From NCBI GenBank assembly GCA_018401955.1, contig JAGYJT010000002.1:27723-91722 (forward strand): a stretch of 64,000 bases of DNA, read 5' to 3'. Of the stretch, positions 28,049-38,776 are shown piece by piece. The stretch is from Chitinophagales bacterium. GTDB taxonomy: Bacteria; Bacteroidota; Bacteroidia; Chitinophagales; CAIOSU01. Numbering within the stretch: the first letter of the stretch is position 1; the number at the start of each line of letters is the position of its first letter. The position numbers and the translations under genes are program-made. The notes beneath the pieces were generated by a model. That model was not told the DNA's origin. It did no database searches and saw nothing but the letters and a program-made list of their open reading frames with translations.

Positions 28049-29275
28049 TTACTTCGCCTCCAACACCTCCTGCTCCACTTCCACCCTACCTGGGTAAACT
28101 TCCAAAGCTTTTTCCAGCACATGAAGCGCATCTATCAAATCTTCGCGCTTAAGTACGTAGGCAATCCGCACCTCTTGCTTACCTAGGCCGTGGGTGGCAT
28201 AAAAGCCAGTGGCTGGCGCCATCATTACGGTTTTGCCGTCGTAGTTAAACTCTTCCAGCATCCATTGGCAAAACACATCGCTATCGTCAATTGGTAGTTT
28301 GGCTACTGCATAAAACGCCCCACCAGGGTTTGGGCAATATACACCTGGTATGTTATTAAGGCCTTCAATCAGTACATCGCGGCGCTTGGTATAGCGCTCC
28401 AATACCTCTTCAAAGTAACTATCTGGTACATCAACAGCAGCTTCGGCGGCTATTTGCTCAATAGTTGGGGGGCTCAAGCGCGCTTGCGCAAACTTCATGG
28501 CAGTGGCTATCACCTCTTTGTTGCGGGTTACCAAGGCCCCAATACGGGCACCGCAAGCACTATAACGTTTGCTTATGCTGTCAATCACTATGGCATTTTG
28601 CTCCATACCATCAATAGATAGGATGCTGGTATGTTTTTGCCCATCATAGCAAAACTCACGGTACACCTCATCGGCAAAAAGGAACAAATCGTGCTTAACC
28701 ACCAAATCCCGCAGCGCTTCCAACTCGATAAGGCTATATAAATAACCGGTTGGGTTGTTGGGGTTGCAAATCATTATCGCCTTGGTTTTTGGCGTTATAA
28801 GCTTTTCAAACTCACTAATGGGTGGCAACGCAAAACCGCTCTCTATGCTCGCTGTAATGGGAACTACATTAATATTACCAGCAGTGGCAAAGCCATTATA
28901 GTTGGCATAAAACGGCTCAGGTATAATAATCTCATCATCTGCATCCAAGCAGCTCATCATACCAAAGGTTATGGCTTCTGAACCGCCAGTTGTCACAATC
29001 AAATCAGTATGCTCAACCTCAATACCATTGTGGCGGTAATAGGTTGCCAACTTTCGGCGGTAGCTTTCGTTACCTGCAGAGTGGCTATACTCCAACACTT
29101 TAAAGTCGATGTTGTGCACGGCATCCAACATTTCTACGGGCGTAGGTATATCTGGCTGGCCAATGTTAAGGTGGTAAATCTTCATTCCTGAAGCACTAGC
29201 TTGCTCTGCGTAGGGTACCAATTTGCGAATTGGCGAAGCAGGCATTCTCTTTCCTTTATCTGATATTGAAGGCAT
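28049..29275 (-). CDS. Class I/II PLP-dependent aminotransferase
   Basis: NIGQPD, NPNNPTG, DEVY, SISKRYSACGARIG. Confidence 0.95.
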   Translation of the reverse strand: MPSISDKGKRMPASPIRKLVPYAEQASASGMKIYHLNIGQPDIPTPVEMLDAVHNIDFKVLEYSHSAGNESYRRKLATYYRHNGIEVEHTDLIVTTGGSEAITFGMMSCLDADDEIIIPEPFYANYNGFATAGNINVVPITASIESGFALPPISEFEKLITPKTKAIMICNPNNPTGYLYSLIELEALRDLVVKHDLFLFADEVYREFCYDGQKHTSILSIDGMEQNAIVIDSISKRYSACGARIGALVTRNKEVIATAMKFAQARLSPPTIEQIAAEAAVDVPDSYFEEVLERYTKRRDVLIEGLNNIPGVYCPNPGGAFYAVAKLPIDDSDVFCQWMLEEFNYDGKTVMMAPATGFYATHGLGKQEVRIAYVLKREDLIDALHVLEKALEVYPGRVEVEQEVLEAK

Positions 29276-29380
29276 GGAAGCAAATGAGAAATATGAAATA
29301 ACAAATGACAGACAAATTTCCGTATAAAATCCGTAAATCCCACCGTTTCATATTTCTGCTTTCACATTTCGTATTTAAAA

Positions 29381-29809
29381 TTATGGTTTCACCATAGTTG
29401 GCTGTTTTTGTGGCACGCCGTCGTTTGATGGGGCTGCTACAACCAAACCTTTGATAAATATACGTTTAGTACCTTCGGTAGCATTGCTGTTAATGGTGAT
29501 GGCTTTATTAAACGGGCCTGCATTGGCAGCATTAAATGTGGCTTTAATAATAGCCGTTTCGCCTGGTGCAATAGGCTCTTTGGGCCACTCTGGGGTAGTA
29601 CAACCACAAGATGGCTTTACATTGCTCAACAATATATCCGCTCCGCCATTATTGGTAAACTTAAACTCAACGGTAACGGGAGTGCCTTGCGGTATCTCGC
29701 CAAAATCATGACTTTCAAAATCGAAGGATAATACTCCTGACCCACCCTGTGCTTGCGCACTGATAAACAGACCCATAACCATAAACAAACTCAATACAAT
29801 CGCTTTCAT
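29381..29809 (-). CDS. DUF1573 domain-containing secreted protein
   Basis: HDFG, PSCGCT, PIAPGE; ATG at 29809. Confidence 0.9.
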   Translation of the reverse strand: MKAIVLSLFMVMGLFISAQAQGGSGVLSFDFESHDFGEIPQGTPVTVEFKFTNNGGADILLSNVKPSCGCTTPEWPKEPIAPGETAIIKATFNAANAGPFNKAITINSNATEGTKRIFIKGLVVAAPSNDGVPQKQPTMVKP

Positions 29810-30006
29810 ACTTGTGCTTTTTCTAAAAAGTGTTTTGTGTATACAAATGTAATATAACTGTGACTGTTTTTCAGTAGAAAAGGATGCGTATCGGTTCAAC
29901 TTTAACACCCATTAACTTATTTGGCGTGCAACTTTGGCAATTATTTTTTCTCATTGATTTTCAATCACTTACAACACTTACAAGTGCGTAGGCTGAACTA
30001 AAAACA

Positions 30007-30028
30007 AATTAATGTTGTAACATTGATT
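30007..30028. promoter_or_regulatory. Palindromic operator upstream of yceI-family gene
   Basis: AATTAATGTTGTAACATTGATT, shared with the pirin upstream region. Confidence 0.7.
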
Positions 30029-30083
30029 ATCAAACTGATTATTTAGAACAAACAAAAACATTTAAACAACTAAATCCCTTTTT

Positions 30084-30683
30084 ATGAAAACGATTAAAAC
30101 CCTTGCACTTACTCTTTTGGTTCTAGTTTCTGCCGGAACCATCAATGCCCAAACTACCCATACCGCAAACCCAGCAAAAAGCACCCTTAAATGGTTGGCT
30201 AAAAAAGTAACTGGTCAGCACGACGGAACAGTAGCAGTAAAAAGCGGCAGCCTTACTGTAAATGGCGACCAAATTACAGGCGGTAATTTTGTATTAGATA
30301 TGACAACCATTAAGGTAACCGACATTAAGGACGCTGAGTCGAATGGCAAATTGGTTGGTCACCTAAATTCTGATGATTTCTTTTCAGTAGACAAACACAA
30401 AGAGGCTACTTTTAACATCACTAAAGTAGTTGCCAAAAAAGGTGAAAATGGCAATACCCACGAAATTACCGGAGACTTAACCATCAAGGGCATCACCCAC
30501 AGCATTACCTTCCCGGCTAAAGTAACGCTGCTAAAGTCTGGCTTTATTGCCTCAGCTCGTTTCGGTATTGACCGTACCAAGTGGGACATCAAATACGGCT
30601 CGGCCAGTTTTGTGGATGGTATTGGCGACAAAGCTATTTATGATGAAGTAGAGTTTGATCTTTACATCACATCTGCTAAGTAA
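30084..30683 (+). CDS. YceI family lipid/polyisoprenoid-binding protein
   Basis: KKVTGQHDG, HLNSDDFF, GDLTIKG, IDRTKW. Confidence 0.93.
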   Translation: MKTIKTLALTLLVLVSAGTINAQTTHTANPAKSTLKWLAKKVTGQHDGTVAVKSGSLTVNGDQITGGNFVLDMTTIKVTDIKDAESNGKLVGHLNSDDFFSVDKHKEATFNITKVVAKKGENGNTHEITGDLTIKGITHSITFPAKVTLLKSGFIASARFGIDRTKWDIKYGSASFVDGIGDKAIYDEVEFDLYITSAK

Positions 30684-30700
30684 TTCAATTGAGTTGGTTT

Positions 30701-30735
30701 AGGGCTAAGTGGTATATGCTGCTTAGCCCTTTTTT
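30701..30735 (+). terminator. Intrinsic terminator
   Basis: AGGGCTAAG...CTTAGCCCT plus T-run. Confidence 0.85.
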
Positions 30736-30850
30736 ATGCCCATAAATGAACTACTGCGTGGTATTTACGTTAGTGTTACTATAGTCACAGTTTACAAAAC
30801 AGTAAATTGCTACCTTTAGCTTATTACTATAACAAAACCACAATATTACT

Positions 30851-31354
30851 ATGTCAAAATCGAATAAGGATAAGAAAACCGAGAAATTAAACCACATAGG
30901 GCTGGATACCGCTAAAGCAAAAGAATTGGCAACCAAGCTTAACGACCTATTGGCCAACTACCAAGTGTTTTATATGAATGCCCGTGGTTACCATTACAAT
31001 ATTAGGGGTGAGAAGTTTTTTGAGCTACACGTAAAGTTTGAAGAATTATACACTGATCTTATATTGAAGGCAGACGAAATAGCAGAGCGCATATTAACCC
31101 TAGGCGAAACCCCAACCCATGCCTACAGTGGCTATTTGAAAATTTCGGAGATAAAAGAGCAGCAAAACGTAGATAGCCCTAAAGAAGCAGTTGGCGGAGT
31201 GCTTGACTCATTTTCGCAATTGTTAGCAAAACAAAGGGTATTACTCAACTTAAGCGCCGAAGCTAACGATGAAGGCACCAATGCCCAAATGAGCGATTAC
31301 ATTCGCGAGCAAGAGAAATTGGTTTGGATGTACAGTGCCTTTTTGGGGAAGTAA
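30851..31354 (+). CDS. dps: Dps family ferritin-like protein
   Basis: HYNIRG..FFELH, DEIAERI, EKLVWM. Confidence 0.95.
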   Translation: MSKSNKDKKTEKLNHIGLDTAKAKELATKLNDLLANYQVFYMNARGYHYNIRGEKFFELHVKFEELYTDLILKADEIAERILTLGETPTHAYSGYLKISEIKEQQNVDSPKEAVGGVLDSFSQLLAKQRVLLNLSAEANDEGTNAQMSDYIREQEKLVWMYSAFLGK

Positions 31355-31384
31355 TTTTTTAATTTACGAATACGATGTTAATAC

Positions 31385-31421
31385 AAAACAAAAGCCAAGC
31401 AGATTGCTTGGCTTTTGTTTT
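31385..31421. terminator. Bidirectional terminator
   Basis: AAAACAAAAGCCAAGCA-GAT-TGCTTGGCTTTTGTTTT between convergent genes. Confidence 0.9.
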
Positions 31422-31484
31422 AGCAGCACATTAGTTTACTTCAATACGATGTTTCCATTGTAGCTTGTACATTGTACATCAAAA

Positions 31485-32633
31485 TCAGGCCAAGGCTAAT
31501 ACTACCCTAAAGGTAGTACCCTTCTCTGTTGATTCTTTAACAAATATCTTGCCTCCATGGTACTGCTCCACAATTCGCTTAGCTAGTGCAAGCCCTAGGC
31601 CCCACCCGCGCTTTTTGGTACTAAAACCTGGTTGAAAAACGGTTTTGGTTTTGCTTTTAGGTATACCCTTACCTGTATCCGTAACATCTATCAAGATGTT
31701 GCCCTCCTCTGGATAGGCATTAATAGTAATGGTACCAATGCCCTCCATGGCATCTAGTGCATTTTTCAATAGGTTTTCCATTACCCATTCAAACAAAGGC
31801 GGGTTTAGCATTACTTGAATGCCCTCTGGCAAGTGTATTTCAAAATTTACTTGGCTTGATACTCGGGTTTCGATATAGTTTATGCTTTTGCCCAACATAT
31901 CCTTAATGTCATGCGGCTCTAGCCCAGGCTTAGAGCCTATTTTAGAGAATCGTTCAGCTATAAGCTCCAATCTATTTACATCTTTTTCCAATTCTACCGT
32001 TACATGTTCCTGCTCCGGTGCCGTTTCTCTTAAATACTCTACCCATGCCATCAATGATGAAATCGGCGTGCCCAGTTGGTGTGCGGTTTCTTTGGCCATA
32101 CCTACCCAAAGACGGTTTTGCTCTGATACCCTAGTGGTGCTAAGGGTAATATACCCTACCACCACAAACAAGCCAATAACCCCTAACTGTATCCAAGGGA
32201 AATAGCGCAACTGCACCAACTGAAACGAGTCTTTGTAGTAGATATAGTTGAAATCACCTGGAGCAATCTCAATTTCTATGGGTGGCATGCCCGATTTCAT
32301 TTCGTGCAACTGGGCAGGCAGATAGTTTGGGTTTCTCCGTGCCTTTAAAGAGTCAAGGTTTCGGGAATCAATGATATTGAAATCAGAATCCGTCAATATC
32401 ATTGGCACGGTATTGTTATTGCGTATTACTTCAAACAAAAATCCGATATCGGTATTTTCGTCAGCTATATTAAGGTTACGGTATGCATCAGCCCATAGCC
32501 TTACTTTATTGCGCTCTTGTTCCGCCAAATCACCAGCCAACCAATTGGTGTATACCAACGATACTACTACAATCAAAAAGGCAGCCAACAAAAACAGCAC
32601 CTTTACCCTAGACTGGCTTTCATATAAATTCAT
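31485..32633 (-). CDS. Membrane sensor histidine kinase
   Basis: Two TM helices; ETAHQLGTP, ENLLKNA, DTGKGI, GWGLGL. Confidence 0.95.
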   Translation of the reverse strand: MNLYESQSRVKVLFLLAAFLIVVVSLVYTNWLAGDLAEQERNKVRLWADAYRNLNIADENTDIGFLFEVIRNNNTVPMILTDSDFNIIDSRNLDSLKARRNPNYLPAQLHEMKSGMPPIEIEIAPGDFNYIYYKDSFQLVQLRYFPWIQLGVIGLFVVVGYITLSTTRVSEQNRLWVGMAKETAHQLGTPISSLMAWVEYLRETAPEQEHVTVELEKDVNRLELIAERFSKIGSKPGLEPHDIKDMLGKSINYIETRVSSQVNFEIHLPEGIQVMLNPPLFEWVMENLLKNALDAMEGIGTITINAYPEEGNILIDVTDTGKGIPKSKTKTVFQPGFSTKKRGWGLGLALAKRIVEQYHGGKIFVKESTEKGTTFRVVLALA

Positions 32634-32686
32634 ACCGAAAAATAAGCATTCTAGTGGTGTAATGTAATATTAACGCGACACTTCTC

Positions 32687-33670
32687 TTAATCTTGCTTTC
32701 GTGTAATAATAGTACCCAAATAATCCCCTTCACCAAAAATGGGTCCAATAAGTTTTTTAGCACCTTCATGAGTAAAATGCTGGCTATCATAAAAATTCGT
32801 GCTGTCTAAGCTAAATGCGTTGCGGTACATAAAATGGTGCACGGTATCGAAAACCAAGGCTGCATCGTCAATCCATCGCTGCCGTTCACCCCAAAGGTTC
32901 ATTTCGCTAATCATGGTAAGCAAGGGTTGGGTTACCGGCGTTGTGAATACTATAAATCTAGTTTCTGGAAAACTATCTCGTAGCTGCTGATACATTATGG
33001 GTAAGCTATCGCGATAAATGTAATTGCCGTAAGAGAGCTTTTTGAATATAGCCAGCTGGTCATTGATCCTTTTATCTCGGCCTGCAGTTGTAAATCCAAA
33101 TTCATGCTTATCCCCCGCTCTATCATAGAGCGGCTTATCGGTTGGAGGCGTACCTTTATTATACCGCATGTTGCCTATTGATTGTTTGAGCATATCAAAG
33201 CTTAATAAGGTGCGCACCACATATAAAGGCGATTGCACATCAGCCACATATTCAACGGCAGGTTGGTAGGCATGTTTCTCGTTTGCATTACTGCCCCAAA
33301 AGTCCAGTCCAACTAGCACCAATTTTGGCTTGTGGCCCAACAAGGTTTCCCAAGCCAGTAGCCAACCTAAGTATTCTTCTGGACCCATATTGTTAGCAGC
33401 TAGATTTATGCAATTATAGCCTTCAACCGCAGCTGCAGGAATGTATGTTGCCCTACTGCTACCGATTATTACACAGTCGCAATTTTCGGGTGGATTAAAG
33501 GCTAGGCGGTTTACTTTCTGCTGCCGCTCATTAAAGCCATAAGTGTATTCAACAGTGCTATTCTCAAACAGCCATGCAGGGTCAGCCCAATAATTGAAAG
33601 CGGCCACTAGCCCCAGCAATATGCTTGTGACCATTACTACTATCAAAAACCATAGGCTCCGCTTCATCAT
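32687..33670 (-). CDS. SGNH-like extracytoplasmic partner of MBOAT
   Basis: N-terminal TM, IIGSSR, FYDSQH; coupled to the MBOAT gene. Confidence 0.7.
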   Translation of the reverse strand: MMKRSLWFLIVVMVTSILLGLVAAFNYWADPAWLFENSTVEYTYGFNERQQKVNRLAFNPPENCDCVIIGSSRATYIPAAAVEGYNCINLAANNMGPEEYLGWLLAWETLLGHKPKLVLVGLDFWGSNANEKHAYQPAVEYVADVQSPLYVVRTLLSFDMLKQSIGNMRYNKGTPPTDKPLYDRAGDKHEFGFTTAGRDKRINDQLAIFKKLSYGNYIYRDSLPIMYQQLRDSFPETRFIVFTTPVTQPLLTMISEMNLWGERQRWIDDAALVFDTVHHFMYRNAFSLDSTNFYDSQHFTHEGAKKLIGPIFGEGDYLGTIITRKQD

Positions 33671-35115
33671 TAAAATTGAAAGTATAAAAATTCACTCACT
33701 CTGTTCAAGTGCAAAATAGCGATGGTAGCCATCAAAATTAACACCAATGCCGTTTTCCAGTTAAATTGGAACCGCTCGGCAATATCCATACTGTTAGGCC
33801 CCAAAACGCTGATTGGCAAAAATAATAGCAGCCAAACCACCGTTAACCCACTACCATTTACAGCATTAAGGTAATTGCCAAAGGTAACTCCATGCTCAGC
33901 TAAAAAACCCAGCTTACCGGCTAAAGGGCCAGGCAGCTTTATGCCATCTAAACCCACCATGCCACGAAGTATCTTGAAGGCATCGCTCCACTCTTTAGCA
34001 CGGAAAAACACCCAGCCAACATTAACAAACAAGAACGTAATTACCCAGGCAGGCAAGGCAGGTATTGATACACCCAACTTACGCCAAAAGCGCAACAGCA
34101 CCAGCCCTGCCCCATGCATAAACCCCCAAAAAATGAACGTCCACCCAGCACCATGCCAAAGGCCACCCAGTATGAAGGTGATGAGGGCATTGCGGGCCGC
34201 TACCAACTCCCCTTTGAGGTTACCACCCAGCGGAATGTATATATAGTCACGCAAAAAGCGACTGAGGGTCATGTGCCAACGCTGCCAAAACTCTTGTATA
34301 TCCAACGATTTGTATGGCGTATTAAAGTTAACTGGCAACTTGATGTTGAATACGAGCGCAGCCCCAATAGCCATATCAGTATAACCGCTAAAGTCAAAGT
34401 ATAACTGCCCCGTATATGACAAGGAAGCCACCCATGCTTCAATCAAAGTCAGCTTAACGGCCACATCAAAGCCTTGCGTGGCCCAGGTTGCAAAAGTATC
34501 GGCAATTACAACCTTTTTGAATAGACCTATAAAGAACACAAATAGCCCCTTGGCAATGTTAAGACTGTTTGGTAACTTAAGCTCATCTCGGGCAAATTGA
34601 GGCATCATTTCGCTATGGTGCACTATTGGGCCCGCAATTAGCTGCGGAAAGAATGTAACGAACAGCATATAATCCAGCGGATCGTTGTGCTTAACCGCTC
34701 CCTTAAAACTATCTACCAGATAAGATATCTGTTGAAACGTAAAAAAACTAATAGCTAGTGGTAGCACTATCTGCAACAGCGGCAGCGAGGCATTGGTAGC
34801 AAGGTTAATATTGGTAATAAAAAAATCGGCGTACTTAAAATAACCTAAAAAAGCAATATTGAGCACGCAAGATAATACCAGTGCTGTTTTACCCATGCGC
34901 TTTTCGGCTAGGGCCTTGCCCGCATAGTAATTGAAAAGTATTGAACCCAACAGTAAAGGCAAATAGCTAACATCCCAATAACTGTAAAAAAACAAAGAAG
35001 CGGCAACCAACCAATACTTGCCAACTACCCAATGCTTGCTTCTGTTAATTGCAAAATACACCAATGCCACAATGGGCAAAAAGAGGAAGATGTAGGTGTA
35101 AGAGTTAAATAGCAA
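33670..35115 (-). CDS. MBOAT family O-acyltransferase (AlgI/DltB-like)
   Basis: PLAISFFTF, FFPQLIAGPI, DFSGYTDMA, FWQRWHMTLS, GLWHGA. Confidence 0.95.
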   Translation of the reverse strand: MLFNSYTYIFLFLPIVALVYFAINRSKHWVVGKYWLVAASLFFYSYWDVSYLPLLLGSILFNYYAGKALAEKRMGKTALVLSCVLNIAFLGYFKYADFFITNINLATNASLPLLQIVLPLAISFFTFQQISYLVDSFKGAVKHNDPLDYMLFVTFFPQLIAGPIVHHSEMMPQFARDELKLPNSLNIAKGLFVFFIGLFKKVVIADTFATWATQGFDVAVKLTLIEAWVASLSYTGQLYFDFSGYTDMAIGAALVFNIKLPVNFNTPYKSLDIQEFWQRWHMTLSRFLRDYIYIPLGGNLKGELVAARNALITFILGGLWHGAGWTFIFWGFMHGAGLVLLRFWRKLGVSIPALPAWVITFLFVNVGWVFFRAKEWSDAFKILRGMVGLDGIKLPGPLAGKLGFLAEHGVTFGNYLNAVNGSGLTVVWLLLFLPISVLGPNSMDIAERFQFNWKTALVLILMATIAILHLNRVSEFLYFQF

Positions 35116-35224
35116 GTTGGCCGTAGTTGTTATATAGCAATGCTACAAAATAACGGCATTAACCTCATTACTGGAACTTTTCGCCAAAAACAGACTGCAA
35201 TCTTGTGTCTTGTGTCTGATTGAT

Positions 35225-37624
35225 TTAAAAAGTTACACGCATTTGCAAGGTGTAGTTACGCGGCCCCTCTAGCTTACCCGGGCGCAAAGCATACTCATAG
35301 TTTGTTAGGTTTTTAACAATAAAACCTAAGCGTAGTATATCGTTTACTTGATATCCAAACCTAGCATCTAGCACCCAGTCTCCTTTTTGATGTTCTTGGA
35401 TGTATTTGCCAAAAGTTCCTCTACCACCATCCAAAACACCCAATGCGGTTGTAAATACCTCAGGGATGTTTTCAGGAAAACTATTGTAGTTCGCACTGAA
35501 ACCAACCGTATATTTTTTGTAGCCAACCTCAACATCACTTCTAAAAATGTGCCTGCTTCTAAATAACAATATCTCTTGCGCTGCCCTTTCAGCAGGTACC
35601 CTTTTATACATATCGGTAAAAAATCCTTTCCAAATATCCTTACCGTTTCCGTCTTCCTCATTTATTTGTCTTGGGTATGTATAGGTATATCCTATCAACG
35701 AACGAATCGAAACATCTCCTATGCTACCCTGGCTCCCAACTGATACTTCGTACCCCAAAATTCTTGCATTATCAACATTATTAGGTGTTAGGCCTAATAC
35801 AAATGATGTTGGTTCACATGTATCGGCAGCGGCCAAAATATTACCAGTTTCCAGATCACGAACATTGCCACACTCATCTAATCCATTCTCAGCCGTATAA
35901 ACTTCAAAACGATATTCTACAAAATCTTGATACTCCATCCAGAAAACACTGGCATCAATATATGCCCCCCACTTTTTTATCTTGAAGGGCTGATTAATAC
36001 CAATTTCTGCGCTCCAAGCCCGCTCAGCAGTTAGTCGCGGATTAGGCACTATCAACACTCCTTGAAAAAACTCTTGGCCGATAAAACGCTCGGCTATTGA
36101 TGGCAAACGATATGCTTGACCCCATGAGGCTCGCAAAAATGTGGCTTTACCTGCCTTATAGTTAATACCAGTTCGTACTACTGGTATTGACGTTTCAAAA
36201 ATTGTGTCCACTGAAGTGAGCTCATATCTTGCCCCTGCCACTAGCGAGAGGTTTCCATATTTAAACTCACCTTGTGCGTATGCGGCAAAGGCCCTATTTC
36301 TCCTCACATTATCATATAAATTACTTACTGAGCGACCAAAGGTAACTGGCGCGCCAGTGGTAAAAATGATAGTATTACGCCAATTGCGCTGATATTGTGG
36401 CTCAAAATAAATAGTATTTGCCGATGCATTTCGATCATTGCCGTTACCGCGGCGCCAAATATTCAAATACCTGCCCACTACAGTAAAGCGATGGCCTTTT
36501 TCGTTACTGAAAGCAAAATGCGGGTCGAGGGTGGTGCGCACATATCTATCTTGCGAACCTTGAGCTATTTGATAAGCCATCGAATCCATGTCAGTTGAAA
36601 TGAAAAAACGGCCACTCGTTTCTTGCATTACATTACCATTTAAGCCAAAATTGATACCTGGCTTTTTAGGCATAATGTAACGGGTCTTAAAATTAAATCT
36701 AAACCTAAACTCATCAGCTTCCTCCAAAAAACTATTCAAAAAATCAGCGTTAGCGCCAACTACCACTTGCAAATTTTTTATCTTCTGCTGATGATTCACA
36801 AAAAAGCCTGAAAAGTTTGGTTGCCGCGCATCCCACCAAATCAATTCTGGGCGAGGGGGTTTTCCGAAAACGCCGCTATACATGTTAATCGTAGTTTTTG
36901 GCTTATCGCCCTTAGGCCAAGCCGTCCGCACGTTTACCACCCCATTCAATGCCGATGAACCATAAACTACCGATGAAGCACCTTTGATTATCTCTATCTG
37001 TTCAATGTTTTCTAACGGAGCAAACTTCAGCTGGGCATCACCCAAATCGGCACTGGCTAAACTAATGCCATCAGTAAGTACCGCTGTTCGGCTGCCTACG
37101 CCATACGAGTAAGAACTACCACCACGTATACTAATCTGCCCATCTTGTATCTGCACCCCGGGTGTTTTGGCTATTACCTCACCCAAATCTCTACTATTCG
37201 TATTGGTTACCAAGGTTTTACTCAGCACATCCATACTTACCGTTTCTTCAGCTACCCGCTTTTCATATTGGCTTGCCGAAACCACCACCAAATCAATCTC
37301 GGCTGCCTCCGATTGCATTCGAATGTTCATTTCTTTTATCTCCCCATCCTTCACGGTAATCGTCCTTACCTTCGGTTCATAACCTAAATAGGTGAATTTT
37401 ATGACGTAAGTTCCAGCATCAACACTCAGCTTGTACTTACCATCTACATCTGTACTTAACACTTTATTTCCTTCACCATATACAATGTTTACACCCACCA
37501 ATGTTTCTTTAGTATCAAGATCAGATACCTCACCATATATTAAGGCTTGGTTTTGAGCATATGAAACAAAAGAAAAAAACAATAGGTAGATAAAAGCACA
37601 CAAGGGCAAAATGCGCAGTTTCAT
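35225..37624 (-). CDS. TonB-dependent receptor
   Basis: CarboxypepD_reg-like N-domain, plug IEIIKGASSVVYGSSALNGVVN, C-terminal F. Confidence 0.93.
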   Translation of the reverse strand: MKLRILPLCAFIYLLFFSFVSYAQNQALIYGEVSDLDTKETLVGVNIVYGEGNKVLSTDVDGKYKLSVDAGTYVIKFTYLGYEPKVRTITVKDGEIKEMNIRMQSEAAEIDLVVVSASQYEKRVAEETVSMDVLSKTLVTNTNSRDLGEVIAKTPGVQIQDGQISIRGGSSYSYGVGSRTAVLTDGISLASADLGDAQLKFAPLENIEQIEIIKGASSVVYGSSALNGVVNVRTAWPKGDKPKTTINMYSGVFGKPPRPELIWWDARQPNFSGFFVNHQQKIKNLQVVVGANADFLNSFLEEADEFRFRFNFKTRYIMPKKPGINFGLNGNVMQETSGRFFISTDMDSMAYQIAQGSQDRYVRTTLDPHFAFSNEKGHRFTVVGRYLNIWRRGNGNDRNASANTIYFEPQYQRNWRNTIIFTTGAPVTFGRSVSNLYDNVRRNRAFAAYAQGEFKYGNLSLVAGARYELTSVDTIFETSIPVVRTGINYKAGKATFLRASWGQAYRLPSIAERFIGQEFFQGVLIVPNPRLTAERAWSAEIGINQPFKIKKWGAYIDASVFWMEYQDFVEYRFEVYTAENGLDECGNVRDLETGNILAAADTCEPTSFVLGLTPNNVDNARILGYEVSVGSQGSIGDVSIRSLIGYTYTYPRQINEEDGNGKDIWKGFFTDMYKRVPAERAAQEILLFRSRHIFRSDVEVGYKKYTVGFSANYNSFPENIPEVFTTALGVLDGGRGTFGKYIQEHQKGDWVLDARFGYQVNDILRLGFIVKNLTNYEYALRPGKLEGPRNYTLQMRVTF

Positions 37625-37844
37625 AGGAGTATGTTAGTAGGTTGGGAGTTGTGTTGGTAATTATTGATGCAAATGTGCGTAAATAATAAATGATAGTGCC
37701 TTCTACAGTTTTAAGTTATCTTTAAGTATCCAAAGTATTTCAATAGGTCAATTTCGCGATTAAGGTAATCAAATTTTTATGCTGCAAAGCACTTACTGAG
37801 ACCGTTTTATAATTATGTCAAAGCTTTTCATCAATTTCGCACCT

Positions 37845-38654
37845 ATGAGCCCATTTGTAACAATACTTATGGCAATTGTATGCTGCATACAAACCATAAG
37901 CGTAACAGCCCAAACAGTACCTATACCTGGCCATTCGCACAACGATTATAACAGAGAGCGGCCCCTAACTGGTGCATTGGAACTAGGGTACCGCAGTATA
38001 GAGGTTGATGTGTACCTGCACAAAGGTAAGCTCCGTGTATCGCACGACCCATTTGGGTTGGGCGGAAAACCAACACTTGAAGAACTTTACCTGGAGCCAT
38101 TAGCTACCATCTGCAACTCAAACGCTGAAAAGTATGCACTAGATAGTTTGAAGCCGCTCATCCTAATGATTGATTTCAAGAGCGATGCCGAAGAAACATA
38201 CGCTGCGTTAAAGCCTTTTTTGGCAATGTACAAAGATATGCTAACCATAACCGGGGACAAGCCAAAGAAAGGTTATGTGCACGTTCTTATATCGGGCAAC
38301 AAACCTTATGAAAGTGTAGCTAAAGAAAAATCAAGGATAGTAAGCCTTGATTATAAATTTGACTTTTGCCGAGAACATCCCAACGATAGCTTTATTACCC
38401 GTGCCAGCGATAACTACAAAACTTATTTTACTTGGAACGGAAAAGGTGAAATGCCATGGCAAGAAAAGATAATGCTTGATGAACTGGTAAACCTTGCCCA
38501 TGCCGAGGGCCGCGAAGTACGTTTTTGGAACATGCCAGAAACAGCGCAGGCGTGGAAACTGTTTTTGGATATGGGCATAGACTGGATACATGTAGATGAT
38601 ATAGAGGCCTTTAAAGAGTTCTACACCGAGTATGTGCAACTAGAAAAACCTTAA
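37845..38654 (+). CDS. PI-PLC/GDPD-superfamily phosphodiesterase
   Basis: HSHNDY, SIEVDV, LMIDFK, VRFW. Confidence 0.85.
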   Translation: MSPFVTILMAIVCCIQTISVTAQTVPIPGHSHNDYNRERPLTGALELGYRSIEVDVYLHKGKLRVSHDPFGLGGKPTLEELYLEPLATICNSNAEKYALDSLKPLILMIDFKSDAEETYAALKPFLAMYKDMLTITGDKPKKGYVHVLISGNKPYESVAKEKSRIVSLDYKFDFCREHPNDSFITRASDNYKTYFTWNGKGEMPWQEKIMLDELVNLAHAEGREVRFWNMPETAQAWKLFLDMGIDWIHVDDIEAFKEFYTEYVQLEKP

Positions 38655-38776
38655 CTGTTAACAATTTCGAGTGATAGCATGTTATAATTTGTGGTACATT
38701 TTTATAAGCTATTTCGTAAATTTAGAAGGAACGGGAGTTGTTTCCCAAGGATACTATTGAGGTAAAAGCTACTATT

